A stretch of 64,000 bases of DNA from Candidatus Yanofskybacteria bacterium RIFCSPHIGHO2_01_FULL_41_26. Lineage in GTDB: Bacteria > Patescibacteriota > Minisyncoccia > 2-02-FULL-40-12 > GWA2-44-9. The stretch is from assembly GCA_001794055.1 (NCBI GenBank), contig MGJB01000012.1:1124-65123 (forward strand). Direction: 5' to 3'. The notes under the pieces are model-generated. The model was not told where the DNA came from. It did no database searches and worked only from the letters and a program-made list of their open reading frames with translations. Below are positions 61,817 through 64,000 of the stretch, one piece after another. Position numbers and translations under genes: made by a program. The number at the start of each line of letters is the position of its first letter. Position 1 is the stretch's first letter.

Positions 61817-62920
61817 TCACCCATACCTTTTAATACTCTGCAAAATCCCCAATCCGCTCATGATGGAAATAAGATAACTGCCACCATAGCTCAAGAACGG
61901 GAACGGAATTCCTGTCACCGGCATCAGTCCAATATTTACAGAGGCACTAATAATAGCGTGGTTAAATATGAATATGGTGATTCCCACAGAAAATATCTTC
62001 CCAAAATTGGAAATAACTCCCCTGCCTATGGCCAGTATCCTATATATGATAAATAAAATTGCGGACATCACCAGACCAACTCCGACAAAACCAAATTGCT
62101 CGGCCGTAGCGGCAAAAACAAAATCATTGTGAGATTCCGGCAAAAATCCAAGAGTTGATTGAGAACCCTTGCCCAAACCATTCCCAAACCAGTAGCCAGA
62201 ACCAATGGCAATTTTGGACTGAATCAGATTATATCCGCTCCCCCTCGGATCATTACCGGGATTTACAAAAGTCAGAAGTCGGTCTTTCTGATAGGGCCTT
62301 AAGACAAACATCCAAGAACCGTAAGAAATCATTACGGCCAAAACAGCTAAAAGAAAAAGGTGTTTTTTGTTAATTCCGACCGCGACCAAAATGCTTATCC
62401 ATATCAGAGAAAAAATTATAGCCGAACCCAGGTCGGGTTGAACTAAAATTATCAAAACAGGAATACCGAAATAAATTCCAGAGATTAATATGTGCTTGAG
62501 TTGATTGACATGAACATGCCTCTGGGAAAAATATTTAGCCATCAGAACGATAAGCATAAGTTTCGCCAATTCAGCCGGCTCAAAAGTAAATTGCCCAAGA
62601 ACTATCCAAGCATTTACCCCTCTGACCGAGCGAGAATAAAACGTCAGAAGCAAAAGAAACACCGAAATAAAGTAAAGTAATAAAACTGGAAAAGAATAAT
62701 TTTTCAGATAACGGTAATTAAAAAAGGACAACAATACCATTACCCCCAACCCTACGGTTACAAAAATTACCTGTTTCGTAAAAAACGATCCAAACCCTTC
62801 AATGCCATACATATTAAGAATACTAAACAAAGAAATAGCCGCTATCGCGGCAAACAAAGGAAGATCGATTTCCTTAAAATAATTACTAATAGAATTTTTG
62901 AAACTTTTCCTGGGTGCCAT
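61817..62920 (-). CDS. SEDS-family peptidoglycan glycosyltransferase (RodA/FtsW)
   Basis: 10 TM helices. LPESHNDFVFAATAEQFGFVG and SYGGSYLIS conserved blocks. Confidence 0.85.
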   Translation of the reverse strand: MAPRKSFKNSISNYFKEIDLPLFAAIAAISLFSILNMYGIEGFGSFFTKQVIFVTVGLGVMVLLSFFNYRYLKNYSFPVLLLYFISVFLLLLTFYSRSVRGVNAWIVLGQFTFEPAELAKLMLIVLMAKYFSQRHVHVNQLKHILISGIYFGIPVLIILVQPDLGSAIIFSLIWISILVAVGINKKHLFLLAVLAVMISYGSWMFVLRPYQKDRLLTFVNPGNDPRGSGYNLIQSKIAIGSGYWFGNGLGKGSQSTLGFLPESHNDFVFAATAEQFGFVGVGLVMSAILFIIYRILAIGRGVISNFGKIFSVGITIFIFNHAIISASVNIGLMPVTGIPFPFLSYGGSYLISIMSGLGILQSIKRYG

Positions 62921-63698
62921 AGCTTTTTATATAGTTTGAATTTTCAAACAAGTTAGTTGACACTTCTATGTCCTGCCTCGCAACATTTCCCGACAGAGCA
63001 AACGGCCAAACCACACTAAATCCTCTTTCTGATTTGGAAACAAAGGTCCGAATATCTGTCTTATTTACTCCTATAATATTACCTGCATCATCGAATAATA
63101 TAACCGCTATATCTATTTTGTCAAAATCAAAATTGGAATCATTATACAGAACTGCGTTTAATTCCGTACCTGTCTCGCCGGCAGGCAGGCCCTTTTGGAT
63201 GGGATGGTAGTCCTTCCTTCTTAAAACAAAATTTACTGTATTAGCTGGCATATCCAGCTTTTCCCATTGGGCATTTTTAATAACAAGTTGAACATCCTCA
63301 ACTCCATTAGGAATTTTTAGAGCGGTAAGAACTATCCATTTTGTCTGGCCTGGCAATATAAAGGTAGAACCACGGTAGTTAAAAGCATCTATGAAGTACT
63401 CTATCCTTGAAGCTCCGAAAGAAGTGTTGGGGTTATAAAGTTGGGCCACAAAATCATAGTCCCCTTGGCCAACATTGAATAGCCGGCTTGAAATTATATT
63501 TATCGGCATTATCGCTAGCGCACATGCTATACCGCAAGCCAATATTCCACAATCAAGACCTTCTTCCTGGCCATTCTGAATTCCGTCGATACATGAAATT
63601 TCGGGCACCAAACTTGAATAGATACCATAACCAATCCAGCCTAAGATCAAAAGAAAAACCAATCCGATAACGAGTTGTTTTTGAACCCTGCCGTTCAT
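62886..63698 (-). CDS. Membrane-anchored hypothetical protein
   Basis: N-terminal TM segment LVIGLVFLLILGWIGYGIY. No domain recognised. Overlaps the SEDS gene start by 35 nt. Confidence 0.4.
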   Translation of the reverse strand: MNGRVQKQLVIGLVFLLILGWIGYGIYSSLVPEISCIDGIQNGQEEGLDCGILACGIACALAIMPINIISSRLFNVGQGDYDFVAQLYNPNTSFGASRIEYFIDAFNYRGSTFILPGQTKWIVLTALKIPNGVEDVQLVIKNAQWEKLDMPANTVNFVLRRKDYHPIQKGLPAGETGTELNAVLYNDSNFDFDKIDIAVILFDDAGNIIGVNKTDIRTFVSKSERGFSVVWPFALSGNVARQDIEVSTNLFENSNYIKSYGTQEKFQKFY

Positions 63699-64000
63699 AT
63701 TGCTTAATTATAGGTTTTTTATTAAAAACAAAAAAGGGCTTAACGCCCCTTCGGTCTCGGTGGTGGAATTATAGAGTAAGAATATCCCGAATAAAACAAC
63801 TCTGCAGACATGAATGCTAAAAGTTGAAAAGTTAGCAATACGACTAAAAACACCGCGAGGCCTCCATCTTCAATTACCAAAAGAACTATAACAAAAAGGG
63901 TGGGTCTGTCAATCAAAAAGCGGTCGCCTTAGGCGACCGCCACCACCGACACTTTTTAAAAACGCCCCGCTTTGTAAATCTATATCCGTAGTATCAAATT

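Overview
Most of this 64-kb window is conserved housekeeping genes from a low-GC (about 40% by eye) genome, probably an uncultivated bacterium. Identified genes include obg, a cold-shock gene, the dnaG-rpoD pair, groES-groEL, rdgB, a MoxR/DUF58/VWA/BatD-like (Bat-type) operon, an uvrC-like gene, secG, an oligopeptide SBP, rnj, trpS, ychF, rpsF-ssb-rpsR, recA, ftsK, a PP2C phosphatase, rpoB-rpoC and rodA/ftsW, plus tRNA-Ser(GGA) and tRNA-Leu(CAG).

Four features stand out beyond routine annotation:
- A complete diversity-generating retroelement (DGR) lies at 32.0-34.6 kb. It has an RT with a DGR-type LGxxxSQ motif and YADD. Its Avd-like gene is divergent from the RT. The 129-bp TR has 24 mismatches to the VR, all at TR adenines. 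The VR is the C-terminus of a small GC-rich target gene. A second, more diverged VR-like paralogue sits 7 kb away at 41.0-41.7 kb. Both targets are followed by a shared ~85-nt element.
- A ~1.2-kb GC-rich single-gene cassette is flanked by ~110-bp imperfect inverted repeats and abuts tRNA-Ser.
- A promoter/SD/signal-peptide/Cys-rich/terminator unit is interrupted by a single in-frame TAG.
- A ~105-nt structured repeat with covarying stems brackets recA, next to a 1.15-kb noncoding stretch that may hold RNase P RNA.

No CRISPR array or transposase was seen. All calls rest on reading the sequence and ORF translations by eye; no database search was run.
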